A DNA stretch of 62,974 nt, counting the filler, from Collodictyon triciliatum (Eukaryota), in the NCBI GenBank assembly GCA_043381765.1. It is 8 parts of 8 records of this genome, joined end to end, with 100 filler letters (N's around TTAATTAATTAA, not from the genome) between each part and the next. Parts side by side here need not be neighbours in the genome. Positions count along the whole stretch, not along the records: positions 1 to 7,786 come from JBHJMP010003745.1; positions 7,887 to 15,670 come from JBHJMP010003746.1; positions 15,771 to 23,554 come from JBHJMP010003747.1; 5 more parts are not named here. One strand, given 5' to 3'. Each line of letters begins with the position of its first letter. Positions within the stretch are counted from its first letter, which is position 1. A program made the position numbers and the translations under genes. Below are positions 1 to 17,435 of the stretch, in pieces. The notes below the pieces were generated by a model. It ran no database searches, was not told where the DNA came from, and was given only the letters and a program-made list of their open reading frames with translations.

Positions 1-788
1 CGGACGACGAAGCGGTACTTGGGCGAGTTGTACTTGTTCTTGTCCTGGATGATAAGTCCTTTGCGGGCGCGGTAGTCGGTCTTTCCCTCTGTTAGTAGAC
101 ATAGGTTAAATACTAGAACGGTGTGATAAGTAGGGGGGGGAAGAAAATAGGGACACTCTAGATCTCCCATTTCAAAAGATGAATTATGGCGTGGAATTGC
201 AGCTACTAACGGCGGCGACGGCGGTACTTGACTTGGAAGCGCTTGAAGTAAGCTTTGTTTTTGACGAGCTTGACGAAGGCCTGGGTGGAGGTAGGGTTAG
301 AACTTGTGACAACTCCCCTATGAAGATATGATCTGGAAACTGGGCGAGAAGCATCGGGGGAAAACTGAGGCTCATGTCCGCGATCGCGATCAGTCCGTTG
401 TGACATGTTCGTCCTGGGTGGGAATATATGCCAAAAGTCATGTCGGCCAATCTTGTGCCGGAAATTGCGCCCTGATTCTGTCAGGAAATGGTGGACTCGA
501 TACAAGTGCGCTCGATACTCACACTGAACCACAGATAGTTTGTTTACGGTCTTGAAGGTCTGATAGAGCCAATCCAAATTTTCCTCGCTTCGTAAGGTCT
601 TGACATGGTTACCAAGTGTAATGATAGAACATAGCAGTAATCGAGCTTTGTTTTGCTCTTCTCTTACAACGGAGTTGTGCGAAGAGACCTCCTCCGACGG
701 GCTTCGTTACTTCTCTTATCTCTTTGGCTAGTGTTGGTATATGGGCAATCTGCTGTGGTTCTTATTTTATGGAGGGAGCACTTACCAT
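1..788 (-). CDS. RPL5: 60S ribosomal protein L5 (uL18), 5' part; exons 788-786, 280-211, 88-1 (runs off window)
   Basis: Spliced translation [54 protein letters not shown] matches the uL18 N-terminus; both introns GT-AG. Confidence 0.96.
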
Positions 789-1329
789 CTGATTGAACTA
801 GGCTCTGGTAGGGTGCTGGTTTTGCGCTGGTGTGGGTTCAGGCAGGAGGTGGCCTAGCTAGTACCGGGCTATGTACGAAAGAGACTTAAAGTTTTCGCGA
901 AAAAATTTTCTCCCAAACTTGATCAAATTTTGTTATCGACACCATGTGAAAATGGTGCTCTTTCGAATTCAAGTAATACCAATCACTATGCATAATAGGA
1001 AATTAAGTGCGCCACTTCTTCTGTAAAGCAAAACCTGTGAACTGGTTGTTATTTGCCAGCGCTACAGGATTAGTATAACAACAAATTATTCAATAATGGA
1101 GAATTAATGCTAATTCTATATTTAGACAAAAAATAAATCAAGATTTTAATCAATAAATACACAAAACAATAAAATCCACATTAAGAATATTTAGATGGTG
1201 CTTGGTTTATTTTCACACAACGCCCGATTTTGGGCAGCAGGTGGCATTTTTTTTTTCGCATATGCCCAAATTCATAAACATGCGTATAATATTAACTATT
1301 GCATATACTTAGCATATGGAGCTCCTATG

Positions 1330-2703
1330 ACATCACATCACCCTCTGTTCTTGTAGACTTCCTTTGGATCCAATAAAGAAAAAATCTTGCAGACCTATGG
1401 ATTAACGCCTGCAGCCCTGAGACCACCACAAGGAAAAAAAATGTCACCAGTAACCATCCATACATATACCACGCTGGAAATAAAAACTATGTAACTTTTT
1501 GTGGGTTGGAGATGTTTGAGAATACAAATGAGACAGCCATTTTCATGAAATGGGGATGTGAACTCATCATTTGCATTTTGAGGTTCTTCTGAGCCATGTA
1601 AACAGAATTAAGATGCCTATATAGTTCATGAATACATTTTTTCGTCGAGAATGTTGTCCTAAAAAGCTGGTGAGGCACTTACCATGACATCCTGAATGTT
1701 AAATTTTTTATTTTCCATTTCATTTCATAGTTTATAGAGAGAAATAAAAGCCGAGGTCACTGCCTTCGCCTCTAGGACAAAAATGAGCTGTGGACAAGAC
1801 AGTGGAAAACCCTGGATTGTGTGATTGGAGTTTTTGTGTTTTGGTTGGAAAAGGAAGAAAGTAGAACATAGAAAAGAGAGAAAGTGTTCTCATACGCAGA
1901 CTATTCTACCCGAAGTGATTTAGCTCCAACACATTTTCTGGTTGTATTCGAGACTGACAGAAGAGCGGATAAAGTTATCGGGTCGATGAAAGTACGCACA
2001 TGGCAGTTACTTCGAAAATCGATTCCGACAAGTCCATCCAATATCTATCTCAGACAAGGTTAACATCCTTTTCATTCCACAGGATGAGTCTTTTGAGGGG
2101 ACAACGGGTCACTTTCCTTGCGTTTCTTGCTGGGCGACTCTGACAAAAAGCGGCACAACGTTGTTTGTCTGGTATTTTCGGAAGTGGCGCTTGACCGTCC
2201 CCTGGTTTCGGGACCATGCGTAGCCGGCAGTGGACTTTGCTTAACCAGAGTATGGATACGCGTTTGTGGTTTTAGAAACATACGCTCCTGCTTGCTCGGA
2301 CTGTCTTTATTGTGAGACTTCCAAGATTGGATTCGACTTCTGGTGTCTGCTCTTGCTCCTTGGTTCTCGGTGCGACGGGCTGGGGCAGCATAAACAGACT
2401 ATCTTTGGTGGGCGCTGGTTCTTGTGTTGGCTTCGCTTTGGAGTATCCTTTCGGATAAGTAAAGATGACTGCTTTGAGGCCTCCTATGTTAACCATATTC
2501 ACGTCAGTCTGAATGGGTAGTTTAAGGGGGGATTTCTTTCGGGTTTTGGGGATGCGCTGCTCTTGGGTCTTGCGATGTGCGGGCGTGTCCGGTGGTGGCA
2601 GCGGAGGACTCGAGTGCGTTGATTTTGAAGAGGAACCAAGATTTCCTTCCATGTCATCGTCGCTGTCGATGTATATGCGTTCTGGTGTGGTCGGATGCCT
2701 CAT
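1330..2703 (-). pseudogene. Possible degraded coding remnant of unknown identity
   Basis: Overlapping frameshifted ORFs 2703-2272 and 2281-2072 (Ser/Pro/Lys-rich) followed by stop-interrupted fragments; no family recognised. Confidence 0.25.
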
Positions 2704-3490
2704 AGGTGATGTTGTGTTGCGCCAAGGATATTATTACTACAAATTACATTCCTCTTCTCTATGCTTGATGAGATTGTACGCCCTATCAGCGTCGTTTTCA
2801 CGTGAAAACAGCAAATGGATTTCTTTCTAAAAAAAAGCACATCTCATCTGCGACTGCCAGAGCACAGCCGCTCGAGAAACACAATGAATCCATGCCATAT
2901 AATTTTTGTCTCTTCACCCAAGCGTCTCCTCTCCTCTCCATAAAAAGCTGCAGATTCAACGTTTGGATGCTTCTTCCCTCGCCGAGCAGGCAGCCAAGTG
3001 TCAAGCGGCCACAAAACCACACAGACTTTGCTTTCGAGTTTCCCCAAGCAAATGCAAGTGAGCACGCAATATATAAACACACACGCCAGAATGATTCCAT
3101 ATGACGTTTAATACTTTCGAGTGGGCAAGGATGAAGCGAAGAAACTGACTTCTATGTGTGACAGATGTCTTTGCGCCTCGATATAAAGGGGTGTGGTTTG
3201 TTCTTAGCTCTTGCTCTCGACCCGAATATTTCTCGCACAAGCCTCTCTCCAAAGCCCACCGCCTACCACTGGCGACCCCGAGGCAGATTCTTTTTTCGAC
3301 TTAAGTCATCGAACACCCCGCAATGTGGCGACACGCCCAGACCGAAGCTTGTTTGGACCAAAGTTACATCCGCTGGACTTGTTTTTAATTCTTTCGAGTT
3401 GGGACAGAAAGGCCACGGGAAGGCCAAAACATCCAACACGCAAGGAAGCAGCTATGCTTTTTTTTTCTTTTCTTTCTCTTTCTTTGTCAT

Positions 3491-3592
3491 TCACTCACTC
3501 ACTCACTCACTCACTCACTCACTCACTCACTCACTCACTCACTCACTCACTCACTCACTCACTCACTCACTCACTCACTCACTCACTCACTC
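3491..3592. repeat. (TCAC)n microsatellite running into an assembly gap
   Basis: Perfect tandem TCAC units; N-run 3593-3937. Confidence 0.95.
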
Positions 3593-3937
3593 NNNNNNNN
3601 NNNNNNNNNNNNNNNNNNNNNNNNNNNNNNNNNNNNNNNNNNNNNNNNNNNNNNNNNNNNNNNNNNNNNNNNNNNNNNNNNNNNNNNNNNNNNNNNNNNN
3701 NNNNNNNNNNNNNNNNNNNNNNNNNNNNNNNNNNNNNNNNNNNNNNNNNNNNNNNNNNNNNNNNNNNNNNNNNNNNNNNNNNNNNNNNNNNNNNNNNNNN
3801 NNNNNNNNNNNNNNNNNNNNNNNNNNNNNNNNNNNNNNNNNNNNNNNNNNNNNNNNNNNNNNNNNNNNNNNNNNNNNNNNNNNNNNNNNNNNNNNNNNNN
3901 NNNNNNNNNNNNNNNNNNNNNNNNNNNNNNNNNNNNN

Positions 3938-3970
<33 letters not shown>

Positions 3971-4153
3971 GAAAAAAAAAAAAACGCAGTCGGGAGAATA
4001 GTTAACTGACCGCGTGTAGACACAAAGAAGAATAAGCAAAGAAGGCTTAATTATTCCTTAAACTTAACTCCCTTACCCAGCTCCATCCAAAGGCTTTCCT
4101 CCCCTTTAAGACATACACACATTCAAAGGTTATTAATACTTCTACAACTTAGT

Positions 4154-7100
4154 ATGACGACCCAGGTCGAGACTGCCGAGGATGTGGATCAGGTACTTAT
4201 TATACCTCTTGTTCGTGTGGCCTCTTTCGACTTGCGGCATAAACTTATAAGATAACAAACATGCTTTTTTCTTCTTTTTTTTTTTTTTTTAAAAAAAAAG
4301 GCTGCACCGAAGATGTTCCATAATCTCTCCGAGCTATGCATATTTTTTTTTTACTACATTTCTTTGTAACTATTTGCTCGAGCCTCTAGACAAAGTAACA
4401 AAGAAACTTTTTTTTTTAAAAAATAAATAAACTCGACAGGGTTTGTTGGAGTGGGTTAACTATCAACTCCACAAGATCGGCCTTAAAGCAGAGGATCTTG
4501 TCACTGACTTACATGACGGGTTTCTCTTAGTAATGCTTGTTCAGGTTGTTGCAAAAACTGAGCTGAAGGGACACGAATCTCGAGTTGTAGCGTATGTGTA
4601 CATTCTCTTAATCTCACTAAATATTTGAACTGATTGACAAACAACAAACATAACAAAGAAAGCACACACACAGAACCACGAGAAGTTAAATACACACATA
4701 AAGGGCAAGCAACAATCATGAATGACAATAACAACATAAAATAAATAAATACCGATAGAGCTCAAATATCTTCTGGAAATACAAAATAAACCTACCAATA
4801 TGTATTTTGCTGTTATAATTGACATTCAAATATGGCTTTAACAACAGCTTCGACAAAAAATCACTGATCGATATTGTTTATGTATCCAAGCATACATCAA
4901 TTCATGATTGTAAATAACAGTATTCATCTTTGACGGTACATCTTTCCCCTTTCATATGTATCTAGTCTGATGTATTTTATCAAAATGTAGCTCTGAATCC
5001 ATCACTGACCCTGAGGATGTAGCCAAGAATCACAACATTCTTCGATTATGGTGTGAAAAATATACCTCTAGCCCAGAGCACAAAGTTTCAGTTGGGAACA
5101 TATCTGCAATGCCCTTTGGAGGTACTTTGACAAATATCTCCAACCAACCCTATTCCAATTCATAAGATAGAATGGGGCACATATCTCGATTGCTTTCAAA
5201 GCCAATCTCGATTCTATTCTTACTTAATGGGATACATGACCATAGAACTGACAAAGGTTATTATTTGGTCGTTGATTAAGAGGAACTTGCAAAGAAAAGT
5301 GGAAGTTGGGGTAAGCAAAATTTTCTTTCAGTTATTATGCTCGCGCTGTCCGTCTCATTTAAAATAATATCATGGTAATCAAAAGTTATAAATCAGGCCA
5401 CCGCCTTTGAAAGATATAGAAAAGCCAACGACATCTTCAACGAGATAAATGTTCCATTCCCCTTCTCTGGTATTGTATTAAATTACATACTTTGTTCTTT
5501 ATTTTCCATTTCTCGCCATTGACAACACATACAATCGAACACAAGTTCTGCGCAATTGTTTTCTTTTTTTTTTTAATTCTTCTAAAAAACAACATATCAA
5601 TAAGGCTTTGGTTTGGAAGAAAAAGGTACCCTCGTTTTGCTACGAACTATCATCATTCTGGACAAGGTACACTCTATCTTGCTTTTGAAACAGTTGTATT
5701 GTTTTGGCACAGCCCTTCACCGGCCAAGACAATACTTGTAAACCCAGCCCACATAACCAAAGATGAAAAAAAAAGATAATAAAAAGGAAATTTTGCTTGT
5801 TTCCTCTCCGTTATCATGCATACCTGCTCCAGTTAATTATATATTCAGGCAAATGAAAATAATGATACCTTTTTTTTTTAAAGGAACACCTACAGTTAAC
5901 AAGAGTAGTGATAGTAATGATAAAACGGATTGTCTTTTTCGCAGGTGAACATGATAAGGAACGAGTCAAAGGAAGGCAGGCCACGCAAATGGGTGGCTCC
6001 CCCTCAGCGCTACGAAACAAGCACCCCAATCACCGAAATCATTTTCGAACAATGTGTTCTCCGTGTATTTCTCTCATCAACTTTTCGAGATATGCAATAT
6101 GAGCGAGATCGATTTTTTCAGCACGGGGCAGTCGAGTAAGCCTCATATATAATTTTTTCCTTTGAATAATGTATGCATTTGCCAATTATACCTGCAATTT
6201 ATGGTTGTCTAATTTTGAATCTCAGGCTATTCTCACATTTATGCACACTCTTCTCTCACTTTCTCACTCTCTTTGATAAGGTTAAAACGTGTGGCCAAAT
6301 CTAAAGGCCTTGAGTTAGTCTTCATCGACTTGCGTTGGGGATTGACTGCTGAGGACAGTAATGATGGATGGGTATTGTTTTTCCTCCTTATTTCTTTAAG
6401 CCATGTCGATTTGCTGAATTCTATTTCAGTAACTAACAATATCCGCATTTTCCAGCGATATATTTAGATCAATTTTTTAGCACATTTTGTATCATTCGGA
6501 CAAAATCCTTAAGCAGTAGTAAAATGATTACAATACAAACGATGATGACTATAATCCTAAACGGGCATGTATTCTTTTTTCCAACTCATTACAAGGTCGT
6601 CATTCGGTGTCTCGACTCCATCGGCAAATGTCCGTACTTCGTTTGTTCTTTGGGCGCTCGCTACGGTTGGATTCCCGATCAAAGCGATCCGAAACAGTGG
6701 CACCCAGAAACAAACTCACGCTTCCCTTTTCTTGATGAAATTCCTCACTTGAGCGTTACTGAATATGAGGTATTTAGCTTTACATTTTGTACAATAGTTT
6801 TAATTATGTCCAATTTAAAGATGACACACAACCCTAGATACAAGATAATGATATTTTTTTTTTTTGGTTTTCAATGGCAGATTCAATATGCAGCATTGAT
6901 ACCTAATCCCGCTTGCAGTCGGGTGTTCTTTTATTTCCGAGATGAACAATACGCTGTCCAGCATGCCAAGAACGATGCAGAAAGAAGACTTTTTCAGTCC
7001 GAAAGCGAAGAAGCTGTAAAAAATCATTCTTTTCGTTTATTCTTATAAAAAGAGGGATGGACACTATCACCTTTCTTTTCTTTCAAGACATCTTGCTATA

Positions 7101-7693
7101 AAACAAACTAGATTTTCCCCTTTTCATCCAAAACATCTTCATACGCTTATTTTCTTTCTGTGAGGGTATGTTTCGTTCCCCCCAACCCCCAACCCCCACC
7201 CACTCTTTATTCGATTCAAAGGGTCTGTTTCATATTATAAGTTCATCCTCTGTAGCACCAAAGGCAAGAGTTATTGAAAATGAAGGTGCGCGAAAAGTAT
7301 GGTGCTATTGTTTACCGTGGTCCAGAACAGTATTCCGACCTAATCTTGTCTCATTTGTCTTATGCGATGAACGAAGACTTTGGAAACCGCCAAGTAAGCC
7401 CATATCCTAGCGAAATGACGATACCATCAACATTATATAAAGAGACCTATTAGACTCCCTTCTAAAACCAGATTAAGATCACATTTTATATCAGCTAACA
7501 CAATCCGTGTTTTTTTTTTATCTAAAATTCATCTCCATTTTTTTCAACAAGAAAAGAGCACACGATATGACTCATCTTAATACTATTATCATAGATTCGA
7601 GACCCAGAAGATCAAGCTCAACACCAGTTCAAAATGCACCGTCTTGCAGGTTTTGGAGGACGCAAGGAGCTTTTGGAAACAATCATTGAACAA
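4154..7693 (+). CDS. Calponin-homology + DUF4062 (TEP1/NPHP3-like) protein, probably followed by a NACHT/STAND NTPase; 3' truncated
   Basis: In-frame GT-AG exons. CH motifs LLEWVNYQL..DLVTDLHDGFLLVMLVQVV and VIIWSLI; DUF4062 motifs VFLSSTFRDMQYERD, IDLRWG, CPYFVCSLGARYGW, SVTEYEI; last exon FGGRKELL resembles the start of a STAND NTPase. Confidence 0.8.
7164..7231 (-). mobile_element. Micro-retroposon copy (core 7205-7221) with G-rich tail; coordinates include TSDs
   Basis: Reverse complement of CTTTGAATCGAATAAAG, flanked by GGGTATGTTTC (7164-7174) and GGGTCTGTTTC (7221-7231); intronic. Confidence 0.7.
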
Positions 7694-7741
7694 GTATGTA
7701 CACAATCCAAAAATAAAATAAAATAAAATAAAATAAAATAA

Positions 7742-7786
<45 letters not shown>

Positions 7787-7886
7787 NNNNNNNNNNNNNN
7801 NNNNNNNNNNNNNNNNNNNNNNNNNNNNNNTTAATTAATTAANNNNNNNNNNNNNNNNNNNNNNNNNNNNNNNNNNNNNNNNNNNN
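7787..7886. other. Artificial scaffold spacer (44N-TTAATTAATTAA-44N); also at 15671-15770, 23555-23654, 31439-31538, 39321-39420, 47232-47331, 55099-55198
   Basis: Identical 100-bp spacer with stops in all six frames, repeated about every 7.8 kb; genes are cut at these points. Confidence 0.98.
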
Positions 7887-8040
7887 GAAAAAAAGAAAAA
7901 AAGAAAAAAAGAAAAAAAGAAAAAAAGAAAAAAAGAAAAAAAGAAAAAAAGAAAAAAAGAAAAAAAGAAAAAAAAAGAAAAAAAGAAAAAAAGAAAAAAA
8001 GAAAAAAAGAAAAAAAGAAAAAAAGAAAAAAAGAAAAAGA
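7887..8040. repeat. (GAAAAAAA)n low-complexity repeat at scaffold start
   Basis: Tandem A7G units. Confidence 0.9.
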
Positions 8041-8425
8041 AAATAGGCTGAGAGCACTATGCTCATAACAGCATCAAAGAATTAAGTCTGCCCGCGCACG
8101 ACTCCAGAGGCGTATTTCAACAACATTTTTCAAGTCAAGAAAAGTGTTACGATCGGCCGCAAAGCACGCAGGATTTTTCCGGCAATATTATGTTTCTCAT
8201 AGCGATCACATCATCCACAAAACAAATCAGATGAATCAGAAGAAAAGCATTTCCCTACGCACCCGTATGTCGCTTTGTAATCTTAAATGGCGACAAATAA
8301 AATAATCATAATAATTATAAAAAAAATAATGAAAAAAAAAAAAAGAGGGCCAAAGCAAACCATGGTCTTTTGTCAATTGCATGAGAAGGCTTTGACCAAG
8401 CGAGTTGTCTTCACAGGTGGAGCAA

Positions 8426-12465
<4,040 letters not shown>

Positions 12466-13097
12466 ATGACAACCAACAAAAACCAAAAACAAAGTCAAAA
12501 AATAAAAATAAAAAAGAACAATGTCGCAGCCATTTCTTCAAGTGATATTCACTTTGTATATCCCAATTGTAGAACCAGGAGATGAAGTCGTTTTAACCAA
12601 GGAATGGCTTTAATTCGCATTACAATTTTTTCTTTTCAAAATAAAGCAAAATGAAGCAAAACAAAAAGAAAAGAGCCTGGAAATGAAGGATCGAAACTAG
12701 CTTTGTTTTCAAGCATACCCATTTGAGTTCATGTTTGACAAAGGGCAAAAATATCTGATGATTCATTGGCTTACATTATTGAAACATACATATGGCCATG
12801 ATATAACCAACAATTCGTGTTCAAAAAAACTAGTCCGATACTGTTTTGTTGTGGCGGAGGGAAAACCGTGGGTCGTTTTTCTGTTTTCCTTATTGACCAA
12901 GTCATTGTTCTCTGGAGAAAAATATTCCATATACTTAACGGTATCAAAGCAAGTTAAAATATAGGATAAAAAAAATTATTACTATTACCAAAGGTTACTT
13001 CCACAGTAATATACTCCAAGAAAGAAAGATTAACTGAACCAAATATTTCTGCGCTTTTCATGATTTGAATTGAGAATTTTCTTTATTTGTGGCTCGT

Positions 13098-15478
13098 TTA
13101 AACCCATCCGAGTGATGCCTTCGCCGTGTTTTTTGCATTGTCCAACTTGGATTGCGCTTCCTTTTGGCGTAGGGCGTCGCGTAAATCTGCGTATTTGGAG
13201 CGGGTTTGGTCGCCGACAGAGTAGACTTCGTGGTCAGCCATTTTACCCTGAAGCAAAGAATAAAAAAATAAATAATGAAAATGAAAAAAAAAGGTGATGT
13301 AAGAAAAAAAAAAAGAGAGAGAGGTATACATTACTATAGATATCAGATATTTACAACCACCAAGGCACACATTGATGAAAGCGCAGGTAAATATTGATAA
13401 CACCATCAAGAATGGTTTCATACCATATAATGCATGTATGAGTTTTCGGGGTATGCTCTCCATGGCTTGCTGGTGTAGGGAATAAGGTGGGCTTGGCGTG
13501 CGCGCTTGATTGCATTGGTCACTTGGCGTTGCATTTTGGCAGAGAGGCCTGGCAACAAGTGTTTGTGCCCGGTTAAAATACTGTCAAGGGGAACTTACAA
13601 ATAGGAACATTTCATTCTTGGTCGTTGAGTTTATGGCAACATTGAGCAATTTTTTTTTTTTTAATGATTAATGATTATTTTTAGATAAATAAACAGGTAA
13701 ATAAAATATCATTTCGCTGAAACATACCGGTCTTGCGTCGGGGGAGAATGCGACCCTCTTCAGAGAGGTACTGGGACAGAAGTTTTGTGTTCTAGGATGT
13801 AATTAATCGGGTATCTGAGAAGGTGTCCGCGTAGGTAACCACAGGCCACAGCTTGATGATTTTATTTGACGCATAATTGGATTCCCATTTTGAATATGAC
13901 CAACCTTATAGTCAACAATTGAGCCAGGAAGAGAGAGGTCGCACTGCAGAGGCTTCCCACGGTAGCGGAATTCTTCACTGCGAGCTTTTGCTGGAAGCAA
14001 GTAGTTGATATTGACCGGGGCTGTCGTTTGCACATTTGCTGTGTGCTTCTTCATTCTCTTGATGTGGGCTCTCTGTGGGCAGGAAATAGTTATGATTGTA
14101 GCTGGGTTTAAAGGATTGGTTTCATCGCAAAGCAAGCTAGTTGTGCGGATGTGGGTGCATTTACGATAGAAATAGAGTTCTGTTTACTTGAGGAAACTTG
14201 TCAAAGATAAAGCGCGAAAAGGAACCAAATAGGCGATAGCGCATGGTGCTCTGGTGGCGAATAAATTCGTGGTCAAATATCTCCACACGTCGAAGTTCGC
14301 CAGGACTTAGTTCGGATAATGGGCGGCCAGTCAGTGGGCAAATCGCCAAGTTTTGGACAACCTCATCGGCTTCTTCCACCTAGCATAAATGACAACGATT
14401 ATTTCTATCTCTTTCAAAAAAAAAAAAAAGAAGCAGAATATAGCGAGAATGTTCAAAAGGTTCCTTCACCTCTTCTGGAGGGCTGTTGCGATAGTCGCGC
14501 CATTGGGAACTAACCACATTGTCAGCAGCGAAGTCAGCATCGCTGGGGCGAAACAAAAATTGTGGGAAAATGTGCGACTTCTTCTCCGCCTCTGACACCT
14601 TCTTGCTAGCCTGGTTGGCCAATACTTCAGCGATGAACATTATCGTTGCCGCAATTAAATGCGCATCGTGTCTTTAGGAAGCATATATTACCTTATCAGC
14701 GGGGGTTTCGGCGAGGGTCTTGTGATTGTCTTTCTGGAACTCACGAACCAAGTCCATTAAATCATCTCCAATTTCAAGGACTATAAATTCACCATTATTT
14801 TAATTATTTCTTCTTTTTTATTTTGAAAAAAAGAAACTCGTTATTATCTATGAAGCCGCAAATAGTCCCTAGGAAGAAAAAAAAGTTCATAATCATAGCA
14901 TTTTTGGCGAGTTTCATAAAACGTACAGTCAAAGCCCTTTCCTTTCTTTTTGTCTCCTTCACCAGATGAACGAATTCCTCCTCGACTGCATTTTTTTTTT
15001 AAAAAAAAAATCACCAACAGAAATAAATACATGAGATTCTAAGTAGAAAAAGAACACGTGGTGTGCTCTCAACCTATACAAGCTGAAAGGATGAATATAC
15101 ATACATATCAATATGCACGTAAACACGATCAATAAGGAAAATGTTTCAACATACGCGGCTTCTTCTATAACTTTGGCTTTGTGGGCTTCTTGAGCTGCTT
15201 TTTCTTCGATTGGGACGTCAGGGGCATCGTAAACGCCAAGTTTTGCAAACCCAGAGTTCTTCCAAACAATCGTTCCTTTTGAAGGTATGTCAAAATCAAC
15301 AAAACTAAAACCAATACAATTATTTATCCATGGAATTTACTGCTGCATTAATTCTCTAAAATCAACATATATTAAGCCTGCCCTTCTTGTTACAAACCAG
15401 AGTTATTATTGGACGTCTCATATGTTTGCTCCACACCGGAAGTGCGGCTGCGCTCGGGGAAAACCTGGCTCTTCTTCG
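13098..15478 (-). CDS. Mitochondrial-type ribosomal protein S18 (bS18m) with long N-terminal extension; 5' truncated
   Basis: Spliced [51 protein letters not shown] is the S18 signature; upstream exons join in frame with GT-AG. Confidence 0.85.
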
Positions 15479-15494
15479 CTGTAAATCAATCCCC

Positions 15495-15670
15495 AGAGAA
15501 AATAATAAAGAGAAAATAATAAAAAGAAAATAATAAAATGAAAAGAATAAAAAGAAAAGAATAAAAAGAAAAGAATAAAATGAAAAGAATAAAATGAAAA
15601 GAATAAAATGAAAAGAATAAAATGAAAAGAATAAAATGAAAAGAATAAAATGAAAAGAATAAAATGAAAA
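15495..15670. repeat. (AATAAAATGAAAAG)-type A-rich minisatellite
   Basis: Tandem 14-bp units at scaffold end. Confidence 0.85.
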
Positions 15671-15826
15671 NNNNNNNNNNNNNNNNNNNNNNNNNNNNNN
15701 NNNNNNNNNNNNNNTTAATTAATTAANNNNNNNNNNNNNNNNNNNNNNNNNNNNNNNNNNNNNNNNNNNNGCAGCCTCATCACTATGCCACATGGCAAAC
15801 TCACCCAATATGCAAACAATTACCAG

Positions 15827-16063
15827 GCCGTCGACAAGTCTCGCGGACAGGCACTCGCAGACGAGTATAAGATTCAGTTCCTGGAGACAAGCGCCAAGGG
15901 CAATATCAATGTGGAGGAGGCCTTCTTGACCATTGCAAAGGAAATCAAGAAGCGACTCATCGACGGAAATCCTGCCGGGCCGAACACCGGAGGCGAGAAC
16001 GGAGGCAACCAAGGCACAGTTGATCCCAAGGACGCCTCTCAAAAGAAGAAGGGCTGCTGCTAA
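15827..16063 (+). CDS. Rab8/Sec4 (RabE)-like GTPase, last exon
   Basis: CAG acceptor then [44 protein letters not shown]...KKKGCC*; G5 motif and CC prenylation signal. Confidence 0.88.
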   Translation, partial: AVDKSRGQALADEYKIQFLETSAKGNINVEEAFLTIAKEIKKRLIDGNPAGPNTGGENGGNQGTVDPKDASQKKKGCC

Positions 16064-16370
16064 AAGCACAAGACGGATTCCAGTGCTCTCAAGCCCTGCC
16101 CCATGTCCCTGTCTTCCTCGAATATATTTCTCCAACCTCTATTTCTTTTTCTTCTCTCACCCTCCCCAGCCGTCGAAGATTTTTTTCTTTTGTTTAGCGC
16201 CTGCGTTGATCTTCTTTCACAAATGGTAGGCACCGTACTGTCATGAATATCTATCATCTTGTGAATACCCGAGCCTTGTGGCCACCCTTGCAGGGACCGT
16301 CACTCACGCCGGCCTCTTTTGCCGAGATTCCGCCTCCAAATCCTGCATTGCCAATATCTCTTCCTCTCTC

Positions 16371-16540
16371 CTCCCTTTCTCTCCCTTTCTCTCCCTTTCT
16401 CTCCCTTTCTCTCCCTTTCTCTCCCTTTCTCTCCCTTTCTCTTCCTTTCTCTCCCTTTCTCTCCCTTTCTCTCCCTTTCTCTCCCTTTCTCTCCCTTTCT
16501 CTCCCTTTCTCTCCCTTTCTCTCCCTTTCTCTCCCTTTCT
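16371..16540. repeat. (CTCCCTTTCT)n decamer polypyrimidine repeat
   Basis: About 17 near-perfect tandem units. Confidence 0.95.
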
Positions 16541-17435
16541 CTTCCAGCCTGCCCGTCTTATCTATCTATTGCCCCTCTTCAGCTGCCTTATTTCCGGGAG
16601 CAGCCATCCCCCAGCCAGCGGCGCAACATTCGGCGCCCATTCCGAGTTCGCTCTTTCGCCTAAAGTCTCGAGCAATCATCCCTGTTTCGTGCGCTTTCCT
16701 GCCCACTTTCTGCCCAGCCTGTTTTGCCGGTGTGTTCGCGTGAGCATCTCGCCTATCCATATGTGGAGTTGGTTAGATTCAAACGCGGTCTGGAAAAGGT
16801 ATGCTCTTTTTTTGTTTTCAAACTTGGTGGTGTTTACGGCTTCTGCCTTTCCTTCACTTGGCTTGCCGGCCTTTTCTTTTGGATTCTTTTCCACTCTTTT
16901 CTGACTTTGGGTTGAAGCCGGCCTTCATGAGGAACTTGTGGACGAGACATTGCGATATGGCGGGGGCTGTGGATACATCTCTGATCGTTTTTTTTCTTCT
17001 TTGGATCCGACATTGGAAAAACAACTAGGGCTCTCCTTTCTTATTTTTATTTTACTATTACCATTATTATTATTACTATTGCTTTCATTTGTTTTATTCT
17101 CATTTGTGTTAAAATTGCGTCATACGCGAGGCGAACAAGGCGCACGCCACAGAAAAAAGCGGACATGAAAAAAAAAATAGTCCGCTGTGGACGATGCAAC
17201 TACACACTACACTCGCACATAAAACAACATAGACCAGGAGCTTTCAGAAACTTATACCTAGATGGATTATTTTGTTCGTTTCGGCACTTTATACCTTTTC
17301 TCCAGCCATGTTTCCACAGGATGTATTTTTATTTACGGTTTTAGCAACAACAACAACAACAACAAACACTTAAACAAATGGAAAGTCGTTCTACCTACTT
17401 ATGTGTTCTTTGGTATCTTGAGCTGCTGCTCAAAA

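Noticed and set aside
281-785. snoRNA in the long first intron of RPL5
   Set aside because: No C box (TGATGA) on the sense strand and no convincing H/ACA layout by eye; would need a covariance search
3165-4039. ORFs with poly-X or simple repeats (here and at other gaps and microsatellites)
   Set aside because: Translations of N-runs and microsatellites
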